Notes: a model not told the origin generated them from the sequence alone. Numbered from the stretch's first letter, positions 12,601-26,795 are shown. The stretch is 64,000 bases of DNA from Octopus bimaculoides (GCF_001194135.2 NC_068992.1:10944819-11008818); one strand, 5' to 3'. Translations and numbers: made by a program.

Positions 12601-13234
12601 TAAAATACCAGTTTACCAATATTTTTGTTTTCTTTCAATGACACTCTGTGTAACAATGTGTTGTAATTCATTAAATTGTTGGACAGTGGGTCACAGGGTT
12701 GGTAGCAATGGTGGGGAGATATCACAGAAAGCTTTTGTTTTCAGTGAGGAAAAAAAAAGATAATAAATAAGTAAGGGGCTTACGAGACTATAATTCATCA
12801 GGTTATTATTAACAATGGTTGATCGGTAGATTGGATGACTGGATGTTTAGCCCTCTCCACTCAGAGCTGACCAAGCAGATCAATGATCAAAAGTATTCCA
12901 GGAATGACCATCCCAGCTTTTTAAAGAGTATTTATAATGTAACTACATTATTCAATCTCCCTTTCTTTCTCTCTCTCTCTTTCTAATTTGTTTTAAATGT
13001 AACAGGGCGTGAGTTAAAAGAGATTTGGCTACTATTTCCAGAAAGTGATTAGAATGTTGGGTTTACCATTATGAGGTTGTGAGTTTAATTCATGAGCAAG
13101 CAATGCACTGTGTCCTTGAACAAAGCTAACCATTTCACATTATTCCAGTCACATAAAGAATGTGACAGCTGAAAGGTGAATATTGATGTGTCAGAAGCTC
13201 TCATTCTCTCTCTCTCTTTCCCTTTAGATCTCAC

Positions 13235-13280
13235 CTTCTTGATGTACTGCCAGATCAAGGGTAGCTGAGTCTCCTCCCTA
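13235..13280 (-). CDS. Unverified candidate exon (REETQLPLIWQYIKK)
   Basis: Acceptor tgtgcttgtatag (with a NAGNAG alternative), open frame, donor AAG|gtgaga; more GC-rich than the flanks. Confidence 0.3.
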
Positions 13281-13495
13281 CTATACAAGCACATAATACA
13301 ATACACATAGTGGAGTAGTGAAGACATTGATATAAGCTGCCAAGTCATACTTGTTTGTGAATGATGTTTAAGCTTTTATCCACACATATACACATACATG
13401 GCAGTTGCAAATTGATTTTGAGTAATGCCATTGCTCGATTATTCTCTTAAACATGAGCAGCATAGACGTGGCTTTCCAGTCCTCCACAGGACCAT

Positions 13496-13680
13496 TACGA
13501 GGTGGTATCAAAAAGTTTCTGGACTAGTTCTGTAGTGCACCAACAGATGGCAGCACGCAGTTGTGTGCACAGTGAGAGATACCAGTGGCCTTCATGAAGC
13601 AGTGTACCAAGTGACATCGCTGTGTTTACTATGCAAGTTGTGAAATTTGTGCTTTTGTGATCACATGTATGCTGCATTCA
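13496..13680 (+). mobile_element. Mariner-type left end or MITE fragment
   Basis: TA|CGAGGTGGTATCAAAAAGTTTC terminus typical of mariner TIRs. Confidence 0.6.
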
Positions 13681-13699
13681 GTTTACATATTTACATTTA

Positions 13700-14627
13700 T
13701 ACCAATAATAACTGGAACACTTAGTCTGGTAATGCTTGGATTTTCAGAAAAAGAAACAAACCAACTGATTTGCACATTACAGATACACTCTATAAGCGGA
13801 ACAACAAAACTATGCAAGACATTTCGCAGGTTTAAAATGCGACATTGTTTTCTTTATTTATATTTCAATGATGAAGCTTTGTAGCTTTGCTAGAAACCAG
13901 CTTCATCTTCAGAGGAGAAGTTTAAATGATTAAAAACAGAATAGAAGCATACATACATTTTTATAATGTATCATTAATTAATGGATTACAAAAATAACTG
14001 GAGTAACACAATCCCCTTCATTATCTTACAGCTCTTTCTTCCCTTACAATGAACTTCCACTTTCTAAACCAATGTCCATCACAAGCTGAATAGATATACA
14101 ACCTAAAACTATGATAACATTGTTATGAAAGAAGCTGATAAGGAATTGCTGTAGTTATTATGAATATGGAACAATACAAAAGACACTGCATTATTAATAC
14201 TGCTTCATGACACCACTCACTATAAAATAATAAACAACTACCATCAAACGAAAACAATGTCTAAACTTAACATTCTCATAAACCAACACAGAAAAGGCTT
14301 AACTAATAAAGAAATTGATTATCTAACAAAATTTATAGCTCAATCAGTTTCTTCTACAGACAAACAATTAATGATGCCTGCAAACAATCACACTTATGCA
14401 AAAACATAACCTTTCTGAAAAATCTCAAATCAAGGCCAATTGAGACAGGCCCAGTTCCTGAAACTCATAGATCTAGTAATTTCCTTGTCAAACAGTTAAA
14501 ATCCATTTTTTAACAATTTATACCAATTTTCATAAGGGACATCCTAGATCTATTAAGTTATCTTCCACAAAAAGTTAACAAGGATAACATAATCATTTCA
14601 TTTGATGCAGTAAATCTTTATACAGTC
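13700..14627 (+). mobile_element. Penelope-like retroelement remnant (RT fragment with a probable inverted pseudo-LTR upstream)
   Basis: Frameshifted segments NIVMKEADK..AVVIMN, KGLTNKEIDYLTKF, SRPIETGP.PETHRSSNFL, FIRDILDLLSYLPQKVNKDNIIISFDAVNLYT (Penelope RT SFDV.SLYT motif). Confidence 0.8.
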
Positions 14628-14759
14628 ATCTTTTTCTTTTATGCAAACTGTCAAATTTAACGTAAATACCCTGTTCACACACACACACACACACATGCAT
14701 ACATATTTGTACATGCACACATGCATGTATATATATACATGCATGTATGTGTGTGAGAC

Positions 14760-15060
14760 TCTGTGTGCTTGTGTTTACTTGTCTTGACATCCAGTGATTG
14801 TTCGAAATGAACATCATTTATTTCCATTATTCTGTGGAAGCATGTCTGGCCATAGAGAACTGTTTACCTTCCTTGGAAAGAGGTTAAGGTTGCCAACAGG
14901 AAAGTTATCTGGCTGTAGAACAATCTGCCTCAGTAAATCCCATAACTCCATCCGATTCATGCACGCTTGGAAAGTAGACGTTAAAACAATGACAACAATG
15001 ATGATGACAATGATGATGACTTCAACAACAACGATGACGACGACGATGATGATGGTGATG
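14760..15060 (+). mobile_element. SINE-like repeat sharing the ...gacgttaaaac(gat)n tail
   Basis: Homologous to 54440-54680 and, in reverse, 40770-41060. Confidence 0.65.
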
Positions 15061-17426
15061 ATGATATGTTTATTACATTACATTGCAGGGTCACATTCCA
15101 AGAAACTCACCTGTACACTGTGACCAGTTGCACATCTGTAGGAACTTCTGTAAAATAAACAAAAACGAAAAAAAATCTGTAAATTAAATCTTAGAGAAGA
15201 TAAAATTAAAAATCAGGTTATATCAGTAAAAAATATAATTGATATTCAGATTTAATTTCAAAGAATTTATAAAAGGGGTGATAGAAAAAAAATGACAAAA
15301 GTGAGACAGAAAATCTATAAAGAAAATTTTAAAATAATTTCTTTCGATTAAAGGTTATAATCTTGTCTGGTTATGTTCAATAAGTTTGACTTTAACTCAA
15401 ACGTTGAGTTCTAACAAAAATAATTAATAAAAATCAGAAACTATAATCATTAAAAACAAGCACAATGATGAAAGTTTTCTATAATTAATAAAATATTTCA
15501 TAATTATTTTTTTTTTATATTAGCAAAATAAAATTTTATTAGAGAAAGAAATAAAAATTTGGAAATATAAGTAAATTTGAAATTTGAAAACAAAAAAAAA
15601 AATATTACAAAATCTTCAATTATAATATTTTTAATTGTAATTTAAAGAAAGATTTTGTTTCAATAATAATTCTGGTCCTTAGCTTTCTTTTTTAATTCTT
15701 AATAGGTTTTGGTTTTATTGCTCCAAGTTACATCTTGTGGATGCACTGAGATGCATCATCAGTGATGCTTTTGGGGTTCCAGGGGATTTTAGGTCTTTCA
15801 GCAACAGACCTTATTACCTAGTTGACCTAACTAGAGTTGGTCAAGTTCCAGCTTGTATCCCGATAGCAACAAAACCATCATTCTGCCCTCTTTATCTAGC
15901 TGGGATTTTATTTAAGTAATAAATTCAGTCCTTAGTTTTTTACTTAAATTTTGAGTAATTTTCAGTTTATATTTCCAAGATACATACATCTTTCATACTA
16001 CTCGTGTTCTTCTACAATATAATATCATACTTGTTACATTTGCTATAAAGAGAGAGAAGAAAGGAAGAGAGAGAGAGAAAGAGAGGGAAGAAAAGATTAT
16101 TATTTCCTGTCAAGCCGTTGCTATTATCCTATCACTAGGTTCAAATCCAGCACCAAAATAGTCACATTCATTATCCATATTTTCAATAAATGTTGGTGCC
16201 TGCCACAAATAGAATTTCTGACCGTTATATAATGAGAGATTCTAATTAACTTGATTGTCACAGACTATTGTATATTGGAACAAAAACACAGAAAGTGTTG
16301 AAGAAACTTTTATACTAGCGATTGCTTTTATTTTACGGCCTAATGTTTTCTGAATCAGAAAAACAATGAAGCCAATTAGCTCTAACCTCTTCAGTGCTAA
16401 GCAGACATAAAATAAATCTCCTTAGACCAAGGTATGAACACTACAAGCCAAAAAGTCGCTTATCTGCCATTTCTTGTCATTGACTCATCATCACAGATTC
16501 ACATCCACTTTTCCATGCTGGCATGGATTGGACAGTTCATTTTCTGATACAGTCTTTTATTCCCAGATGCTCTTCTGTCTCCAACTCTTTTAGTAATTTC
16601 ATTTTGACACAGAGAGATGCAGTATATATGTTCTAAAATCTAGAGACATATGGTAAATTTTTTTGTCATTACGGAAATTTTTTTTTATCATTTTGTCAAG
16701 ACTGAGAATGTGTTTGCTTGAGATGCTAGAAATAACATCTAAATTTCCTTCAAAATGCAGCCTAACATTATAAACATAGAATGTACGTCTTAGCCCATGT
16801 ACTCATATGATTTTAACCTTGTTATATATGAAGGCAAAGAGTGTGGGGTATGTGTTTATAAAAATTACTTCCATTCTGTTTCAACTGTGGGTATTTTATA
16901 ATATTGTTGTAATCCTTAATGTCTGGTATAACAGTAGAGTTAGTAAGACAAGTAAGACCACAACTATCTATAACCGTCTACTTCATACTCTTTCCTATAC
17001 TGACCAACGTTACCATATTTATAGTAACTAGCACATACCACTCATCACATGTGTGGGGTGTACCATTTTTACTATTTCCCCACAACAAATATATTATTTT
17101 AAGCCTTTGGTCATTTGCAAAGTTAGGGAATTATAAACACACATTTTATATATATATATATATCAAGTGATTAACCAGACTATTGGTTTTGTTATACATC
17201 ACTTGTCACAATGCACTTTGCGTCATTTTAACTTTTGAATGATACCACTCCTCCAGCTAGGCCAGCAGGCCAACATACCTCATGTTCAGCTGAGTGGGAT
17301 GGACAAACATGAAATGAAGTACTTTGCTTTGATTACATAATGTGTAACCAGTCTAAGAATTGAAACCACAATCTTACAATGATGAGTGCAACACACCAAA
17401 CCACTTGGTCATATACCTTCATATAT

Positions 17427-17472
<46 letters not shown>

Positions 17473-18066
17473 GCATGAAATATACATGTATATATGTACA
17501 TGTGTCTGTGTGTCCTTATAAACAAGCAATAAAAAATCTAAAAATTTTGATGTTTTCAAACGTTGCTAAATTTTGCTAAATTTAATCTCATATCAGGCAT
17601 GTCTCTACACAAAATATTTTAGTTCTTTTCTTACAGCAAGCTAACATTTTTGTCCATTCTTTTTAAAATGCATAATCTTCCACCCTCTCCGCTCTTCCGT
17701 TCTTTCTCGCTTTCTTGAACCTGGCTTTACTCCTCTGGCTTTATCTGTATGTTTTCATATTAGCACTATCTGTCTATCTGTTATTCCATCAATGTCTACC
17801 TTTTCCCTCTTCTTATTAACTAAGCTCACAAAACACTGCCACCTTCACATGTTCCCGCCATCAACTCTAAACATCAATGAAATTCTCCTCTAAACACTCT
17901 TGATTATGTTCATTATTCACACTAAAATTGCTATTAGTGAAGAACTTGAAATTATTTCTTGCTTTCTATCAATTTCTTCTTCTTTATTGTTGTTGTTGTT
18001 GTTACTATTATTATTATTATTATCATAAAAAAAATTTTTGGTTGAATTCAATATTTATGAAAGTGC

Positions 18067-18101
<35 letters not shown>

Positions 18102-20011
18102 GTAATAATAGTAATAATGGAAGTAACAAAAATATTAAGATAATACCTTTGGTAATAACAGAAATCATAGTGTTACAAATATAACAAAAATAGCTACAAT
18201 AAATAATAATAACAACAATGCAATAATAATGATAATAATAATAAGAGTAACAACAAGAATAATGGTAGTACCACAAGCAATAACAATGAGTTCTTTTATT
18301 AGCCACAAGGGTCCAAGATATTGTGGACAATAATGGGAAAGCTATATATGAAAGAAAAAAAAATAACAAAAGTGAAACAGTAGGGGATTAAGAATGATTA
18401 AATGGACGCAAACAAGAACAATAAAGACACTTTCATAACTAAATAATGATAAATAACAATAACAAGCATAAAACTATAAGAACAAGAAAGAACATGAAAA
18501 TAAAATGTGAGACACACATGTGGAGTAATACCAAGTGTGCCAAACTATAGCTACAATGAAAGAGTGAGGCCAATTTGGCTGTGCCAATTTCACCATTGTT
18601 ATCCACCATTTGTAAAATTTACTGCAGGGCAGCATCTCCCTTTTTACCATCACCTTCTTCTTTAAGTACCACTTGAAGAATGATAATTGTTTTCTAAACA
18701 TTAGACATAGTCTGCCTGTGGGTGTTGATCTTTATATACATTAAAGTATGGATATANNNNNNNNNNNNNNNNNNNNNNNNNNNNNNNNNNNNNNNNNNNN
18801 NNNNNNNNNNNNNNNNNNNNNNNNNNNNNNNNNNNNNNNNNNNNNTATATATATATATATTATTCATTTGAAGAGCTGGTAGTAGGATTATACAGTGAAT
18901 AATAGGATGGCAAAAAATAGAAGAAAAGATATCAAGTGAAAAGGAAAAAAAAAATGCAAGAAATAAAGAAATTGATTTAGAAAGAAAATAAACATGCCTT
19001 ACAGAACTGTTTAATTGGAGTAATAGAAATTATAAAGATAGGAGAGGGAAATAGTATTTGTGTTGTTGCTATTACTATTGTGGATTATTATTATTATCAT
19101 TTATCATTATTGTTGTTGTTGTTTTCTTTTTTAACTTAAGTTTTGGAAGAATCTTGAATGGCTTTTAGATATGTAGCAGAAGACAGAGAAAAAAGCAAAG
19201 GAGAAGAAGGAGGAAGAGGAGGAGAAGAAGAAGAAGAAGGGTATCTATTTGTCAATAACATGTGTCAGAATTTTTGTGAGGCTTAAATTTCTCTATGTGG
19301 TATTGATTTTATTTATATTTTTATATTTTGTTTACATCATCTTATTCCTCCTCTCTTCCAATGCTCTTAGACATTACATAGAATATGGTGTCTCTCTGGC
19401 CTCAAGTGTCGTACACAGATTTCAATTTCTGCAAGAGATGAAAGCTCTTCAAATATTAAAAGAAAAAAAAATCTGTGTTGATTTAAAGATTTAATTGGGG
19501 AAGGGGACACACATGTACATATGTGTATGGGTATTATCTATATATAAATATGTATATATATATATATATATATAGCACATGTTATCATTGAATAAGAGCA
19601 TAGAAAGCATGCACTATCTCTGTATATATAAGCACAAACACAAATACACACGTTAAAATACATATATATATATANNNNNNNNNNNNNNNNNNNNNNNNNN
19701 NNNNNNNNNNNNNNNNNNNNNNNNNNNNNNNNNNNNNNNNNNNNNNNNNNNNNNNNNNNNNNNNNNNNNNNNNNNNNNNNNNNNNNNNNNNNNNNNNNNN
19801 NNNNNNNNNNNNNNNNNNNNNNNNNNNNNNNNNNNNNNNNNNNNNNNNNNNNNNNNNNNNNNNNNNNNNNNNNNNNNNNNNNNNNNNNNNNNNNNNNNNN
19901 NNNNNNNNNNNNNNNNNNNNNNNNNNNNNNNNNNNNNNNNNNNNNNNNNNNNNNNNNNNNATATATATATATATACATACATACATATACATGTATGTAT
20001 GCGTATACAAG

Positions 20012-20047
<36 letters not shown>

Positions 20048-20050
<3 letters not shown>

Positions 20051-20460
20051 TAGGTGATCAAAAGTATCTGGACAACTCGGGATGTGTGTTTATCATAGAG
20101 AGTGAAACAGTAGATCACAGAGGGTGCCACAGTACTACCATTTACCAAGCAGAACACATAGTCAATGATCTCTGTAGCTAGTAGATGGCCCTGGGAAGCT
20201 GAATAGGACACACTGTAGAACGTGGTCAGCTGGTCAAGTGCCACTTGTCTAATAATCTTGTGCTCAAGATTTCCACTCTCCTGAACATCCCTAAGTCCAC
20301 TGTTTCTCATGAAATAGTGAAGTGGAAACATGAAGAGATGTGTACAACCCCAAAGCGTTCAGGCTAATCTCCCATGTTAACCTCTAGAGACTGTTGAGTG
20401 TTGAAGAAGGTCGTACAATGTAATCATTTATCACTCCTCATCACACAAGGACACTTCATT
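20048..20460 (+). mobile_element. Tc1-like transposon remnant (left TIR plus N-terminal DNA-binding domain)
   Basis: cactaggtgatcaaaagtatctggaca TIR; ERGQLVKCHLSNNLVLKISTLLNIPKSTVSHEIVKWKHEEMCTTPKRSG*SPMLTSRD is a Tc1 HTH with a decayed GRPR motif. Confidence 0.85.
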
Positions 20461-21309
20461 TGGAGCATTCAATCTTCAGTGGAGTACCTGATCCCCTTTG
20501 CAGTTTTGGCCGCTTACTCTCAAGATTGCTCTTATCCGGCCGGCCCCAAGAAAATCTAAGCTAAGAGCACTAGATTCTTTGGAAGAAAACAAGCAAATGT
20601 ATATGAAAACAAGGATGAAAAATCAGAGAAATGGTGCACAGTTACAAATATAAACAACAGGTGTCTTTCGACTAAGGACTGGGATAGAATACTAACCCAT
20701 CTTTGGTAACATTCCCCAATGAACTGGTAAATCATTTTCTGACAGCCTTGTATACTGGGACAATTTAGTAAAATTCTACTGATGATGATGATGACTTATA
20801 TATCCATGTGTGTGTGTGTGTGTGTAGCATTAGCATCGGATGGAGTATTCTTCATCTGTTTTCTCTTTCCTCATGCTAGTATATGTTGGATGGTTCTCTT
20901 GCAGTAGTGTTTTATGGTCAGAATGCTTTTCTTCTTACCAAGTTTTTTAGTTGCCTCTCACAACATACAGGAATACTACATACTCATAAAAACACTGGGA
21001 TTCACGTGCATGCACATGCACATGCATGCACATGTGCATACAATATCACTTAGTTATATATAACATGGAAATATATTTTTGTAGAGACAACTGTAAAATA
21101 ATCTTTGTGTGCTATCTTTAGCAGAGCACTCAAAGAAACAGGAAATATTCTTGTATCTGAGTATATGCCAATGATATGTAACTGAAAGTCTGTAACATAA
21201 AAGGATATTCTGTTATTACAATCAGTGTAATACACACATACAGACGAACACACACACACATACACACACATATGTGTGTGGTTGTAGGGATATATGCATG
21301 TGTGTATGT

Positions 21310-21380
21310 ATGTATATATCTCTCTCTCTCCCATCTATCTGTCTATCTATTTATCTATCCATCCATCCGTCTATCTATCC

Positions 21381-21431
<51 letters not shown>

Positions 21432-21489
21432 CGTCCGTCTGTCTGTCTGTCTATCTATCTATCTGTCTATCTGTCTATCTATCTATCTG

Positions 21490-21521
<32 letters not shown>

Positions 21522-21535
21522 ACTCTGTGTGTGTG

Positions 21536-21598
<63 letters not shown>

Positions 21599-21620
21599 AA
21601 GAGAGAGAGAGAGAGAGAGA
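21310..21620. repeat. Compound microsatellite (ATCT)n/(GTCT)n/(TA)n/(GA)n
   Basis: Directly visible; explains the YLSI/IY ORFs. Confidence 0.95.
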
Positions 21621-21739
21621 GGTGAGCTAGAGAAGAGAGAGGGAAAGACTGAGAGACAAACAAACAGAGAGAAAACGCTTATATAAAATTAATATTTTAA
21701 AGCAAGTGTAAGGATAGCCACAGAATATTTGTTGACAGT

Positions 21740-21850
21740 GTCACTCTATGCTGAGAAGAGTAGAGTCAAACTTATTGTAAGGATCGAATCGACTCAGAGA
21801 TCTGCAAAGTATTTTGTCCTAAGCTCTGCCAACTCCACCAATTCATTATC
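21740..21850 (-). mobile_element. Degenerate copy of the ggcggcgagctggcagaa SINE head
   Basis: Minus strand ggtggagttggcagagc..ggacaaaatactt..ctgagt aligns loosely with 54139-54230. Confidence 0.45.
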
Positions 21851-23794
21851 TAAATTCATAAAGAATTCTAAGAGGGACGTGGAAATGAAATCAAATATGC
21901 TAGGAATCATACAAATGGTGGTGCACCAGTATGGCTGCAGCTTCTGTCTGGAACAAAAGAATGGACATGTAATGATAAATGTTATGACATTGAAAGAAGA
22001 TGATTTATTTTTACTAATTGTCTTTGATAGAACACTTAATAAGGCTGTCTGATTGATAATAAACAATGATGTTTCTACTGAGATGTGATCCAAAATTTAC
22101 GTATTAATTTAGTCAACAACTGTTTTTTTCCAAATACATTCCATTTTATGGTTTATTTACAGAGAGAAAGAAACACCTTCTCCAGTAAGAACTGTAAGAC
22201 ATATGAAGACATGTAGCCACGTGATTTGAATGCTGGACACATGTTGGAAAGGTTGTTACCATGACCTTACAAGTATGTGTTCAAGATTCCCAGATCAAAT
22301 GACAGCACATTGTGTTCTGGAACAAAACACTTTGTCTCATGCTGCTTGAATCCACTCAGCTAAAAGTCAGTGTTCACAACAACAAGAGATTAATTCTTGC
22401 AGTGGATTGGCATCCCTTTCTGGTGGCAATGTTACACTCTCCATAACTTACATGGGACAAATTCCAGCTGAATGGAAACTGAAATAAGTCCAAGCCCAAT
22501 AAGGTAGTAAGCTTGTCACAAACTTAAGGCCTAAAACTGGGACTGTTTGGAAAAAAAAGGAGGAATAAAATACAAACTTATAGATCACCACAGTAGGGAT
22601 TATTTCATCAAGAAATCATGTTATCTTCAGATCGAAGACTTGGTCTGAATACCTACAAACAAAGCCGACCCTGTTAAAGGTATTCATTTGCCTGGTGATG
22701 ATTAATTGTTTCAATCACCATCACTTCTGCACAAACTCATTCAGGCTTCTGATGTAGCACTTTTATTCATTAAGAAAATACCCCCCCAAAACATCAATTT
22801 ATTGATTGATTTGTCACCCTTTTCTCTATCAAGAGTCCCAATATAAAGCCTAATGAACATCATGCCATTATTGTATGGGATTATCACCAATGGTTACAAT
22901 GTAACATTTACCAAAGTCTTTTCTCAATCTCATTAATACTGACATTATATAAACATCCATTGTTCTTTTTCTGTTGGTGATACCTTTGAATAAGTAAAAT
23001 CTCACCAATGGACTTTACTTTTTCACTTCCCCTTCTTTTCCAAGTTCAACTTGAAGAAGTTGATGAGGAATTGGTCAAAGAGGAAAGTTTGTTCAATTTT
23101 ATTCTCTGCTCTTTCTCTTTCTCCGTAAACTCTAAACAGGGAAAACTGCCTGTTCTTCCTGATCAGTAGATAGCAACAGGGTGGTCTTCATGGAGTAAGA
23201 GTTGTATGCTAGCAGTTTTTGGAACTGAACTTCTCTCCATATCTTATGATCCTAAAACTTTGTCAAGCTTTCACTATTTATACATCAAAACGCATTAGGA
23301 GTTTTAAAGGGGTTAGCGCTGTGTTTGCAAAGCATATTTTATTGCCAAACATCATTGCTATGTTAAATGTAGCTGAAAACCATGAACGAACATACTTCAT
23401 ATAGATTCTTTAGTTAGATTTTAAAATCTCTCAAAGGAACAGAAATGTCTACCAATGCTTGGTTCTTTTAAAACTATTGGTGTCTAGATATTCTTTAACT
23501 TTTCTCTGCCTGTCAAACTCAGGCATTTAACTAGCAATTCATAATACACTTCGTTGATGTCTCCAATGAAACATGATCATAAAAACTCGGGCATTTTACC
23601 AATGAAATAACTTCAATGCTTAGTTTTCTCCCCAATATCTTACAAGAAGATCTGAGCTGAAATAATAATGATAGAAAAGCTAATTGCTTTTCCAACCCCT
23701 GTCAAACTTATAGCTACATTTCTTCAAAGTAGTCCCAAATGTGTGTTTTTTTCTTCATAGATAATTTCTTATAGAAAGTTAGAAGAAATTTCTT

Positions 23795-23795
23795 G

Positions 23796-23873
<78 letters not shown>

Positions 23874-23918
23874 CACATACATATATTTATATATATATAT
23901 ATATGTAGATATATACAT

Positions 23919-23956
<38 letters not shown>

Positions 23957-23965
23957 GTACATACT

Positions 23966-23997
<32 letters not shown>

Positions 23998-24070
23998 CAT
24001 GCATATATACACATATATATATTTACATCTGCACACACAGACACACACGTACACACACATCTGCATACAC
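23795..24070. repeat. (TA)n/(CA)n/(TG)n compound microsatellite
   Basis: Directly visible. Confidence 0.95.
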
Positions 24071-24540
24071 ATATCGGCAATATCATTATAACATTCTGTA
24101 ATAAGGAAAGTGTTGAGAAAATTGGAAATATTCAGAAGGGGCTAATAGAAAATATTTTTCATAGTCACATGAAATTTCTGCTAAGGTAGGTAAAGTATTA
24201 GCCAATTAGATTTAGCAAGTTAAAAAAAAGATATACAAATTACTTTAATGATGATGTTGATGATAATCACAAAAACAACAGCAAAAACAAGCATAAGAAT
24301 AATGGTAATGTTGATGATAATGATGATGATGACGGTGGGGTTCTGACGTTGTTGTTGCTGGTGATGATAGTGGTTGTGGTCATGAGGATGATAATGACGA
24401 TAGAAATGATATTGATGATGCTGAAAACTAGCTATTAGCCAAATTGTTGGAACCATTAAAAAATTTGGAAAGAAACTGTTACAATTACCTATTTTATTTC
24501 ACTGGTTTCTATTTTCTCTCTTTCTCTCTTGCTGTCTTCT

Positions 24541-24577
<37 letters not shown>

Positions 24578-25616
24578 GTTTCTGGTACTTTCTCTTCCTT
24601 TCCCTCCCTCAGTTTCTCCAGAAAACTGTGGCATCACCAAATAGATTAAAATGTAGCCAAATTGCAGTAATTTGATATTAATTATGTAACTTGTGTACGA
24701 AAATAGTCTCTCCTATAACTTTTATTACATTTATTTTGAAATATCAGTGTTATTGATGAAAATGTTTATTACAATTTTGAAATGTTTTCAGGAATTTTTT
24801 GTTTTGTTTATATAAATATCTGAGACGAGTCATTGGACTCTTCCGAGAAACTGGAATGCAACCTGTTACTTGTATAATTTAAAAGTGCCAGCTCAAAACT
24901 GTTGGGCCATGTTGCTTGATTTATCAGGTCAAACCCTGCTTTCTGCATCTTCATTACTGAAGATCCAGCTGGGTAATGGCTCGTGACTGGTCAACCATAT
25001 TCCAAAGAGTCACAGCAGATGAGGAGGTATCTTGCAAAGATGAGGGTCTGATCATGGTTGCTTGGGAGGACCCGGAAATATATAGATGGATGATCAATAT
25101 AGGAATACGCTGCAATGGGATATGCCCCCACACCTGAACCTGGATCTTTTAAAAAATATCTCATTATGACATTAAAGTGTTAGATTAGTCAAAACAGGGA
25201 TACATGTTCAAATCCTACCTTTTAATTTATTATTCTGATTAAAGTACATGATTCTAGTGTCATCATTATATGCATAAATGACTTGATTGATGAAATAAAT
25301 TTCATTTCTTCTTCATTCTTGAGGGAGTTACAAGTAAGAATGGCATCGTCCAAATAAAAAATGTGATGCTAAAAACAGTGGAAAATTCAAAATCATGCGA
25401 ATATTTTTTAAAATGGATGCCAAACATTAGAACTATGAGCCCATTCAATACCAAATTGAATGAGGTCGACTATGGCTTTATAATACATAACATTCTATTT
25501 GAAAGGGCTCACATTACATAAATTCTTTCTGGCATGATAGAGTGTTATAGTCTGCAGAATTTGACCCCGACAGAATGGACATGTAATTTTACTACCTCTA
25601 TCTCCATCTCTCTCTC

Positions 25617-25679
<63 letters not shown>

Positions 25680-25971
25680 CACATACACACACACTTTCTC
25701 TCTCTCCCTCTTGTTCTTTAATGCCTTTCTAAAGGCGCATTTAGCTCGAAATATCAGGACTAATTAAATATTTCTTTGATGACATTTCAATATCATTGTT
25801 AACATCATTAAGTATATTTAATATTCTAGCTGCATTGCTATCACCTTTAACACAGATTTTCTACATTCTGTCGTGATTTTATGCAAATGTCTTTTGTTAA
25901 GTTATATTCCAAATGCCAACTTAAAAATAACAACAATTATAAAATGATAGTAATAATAATAATAATAATAT

Positions 25972-26615
25972 TTGTCTTATGTTTGAGCCCCCTCAGTTTA
26001 GTATTAAGGGAGGTTAAGGCAGGGTATCAGTTCAGAATACAAGAAAAGACACGACAACCTAGGGAGAGTGATCCACTGGGAGTTATGCAGAATGCTAGGA
26101 TGTAAAGATACTGATAAATGATATGAACATGAACCTAGTAAAGTACTAGAAAGTAAGAAATACAAGGTGTTGTGGGACTTTAACGTTCAGACTGACAAAG
26201 TAATAGAAGCTAGAAGGCCTGATTTGGTAGTAGTAGATAAAGAGAATAGAAAGTGCCAGATAATTGACTTTACAGTCTCAAATGATAAAAACATTAATAT
26301 GAGGAGTATAGAAAAAAGAGTTAAGTATCAGAACCTAGTTATTGAATAACAGAGACTATGGAGAGTGTGAGTAAAATGTATCCCAGTAGTTATAGGTGCA
26401 TTGGAAACTATCCCTAAAGATCTGATGATGGATAGAGGAAATAGGCATAAAACCCAGTTTAGTACAGCTGCAGAAAACAGTTTTATTAGGGACAGCTACG
26501 ATACTTAGGAGGGTTCTTAGCACCTAAGGTTACTTGTTGTAGCCCGATGTTAGGATTTCCTCTTTTCCAGCTGTCTAATCTGTTCTGTGTATATGAAAAT
26601 AATAATAATAATAAT
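25972..26615 (+). mobile_element. 5'-truncated R4/Dong-like non-LTR retrotransposon (restriction-like endonuclease 3' end)
   Basis: LWDFNVQTDKVIEARRPDLVVVDKENRKCQIIDF (PD..D RLE motif), IPVVIGALETIPKDL, QKTVLLGTATILRRVLST* (stop 26525-26527), (AAT)n on both sides. Confidence 0.85.
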
Positions 26616-26649
26616 GATGATAATGATGATGATGAGGATGATGGTGGTG

Positions 26650-26795
26650 GTGGTTTCAAATTTTGCCACCAGGGCAGCCCTTTTTGGAGAGAGGTGTGTT
26701 AGTTATATCAGCCCCAGTGTTCAACTTGTTCTTATTTCGTTGACCCTGAAAGGATGAAAGGCACAGTCAACCACAGTAGAATTTGAACTCAGAAT
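26650..26795 (-). mobile_element. SINE fragment (tctgagttcaaatt...tttcatcctttc.gggtc family)
   Basis: Reverse complement aligns with 54205-54300 and 35570-35710. Confidence 0.65.

Noticed and set aside
15716-15919. Open frame of about 67 codons after a decent acceptor
   Set aside because: No clear donor, no recognisable motif, and open frames of this length occur by chance.
21794-22093. Exon-like minus-strand frame EFFMNLDNELVELAELRTKYFADL with good acceptors
   Set aside because: The segment aligns with a degenerate SINE head; the overlapping plus-strand ORF has no recognisable domain.
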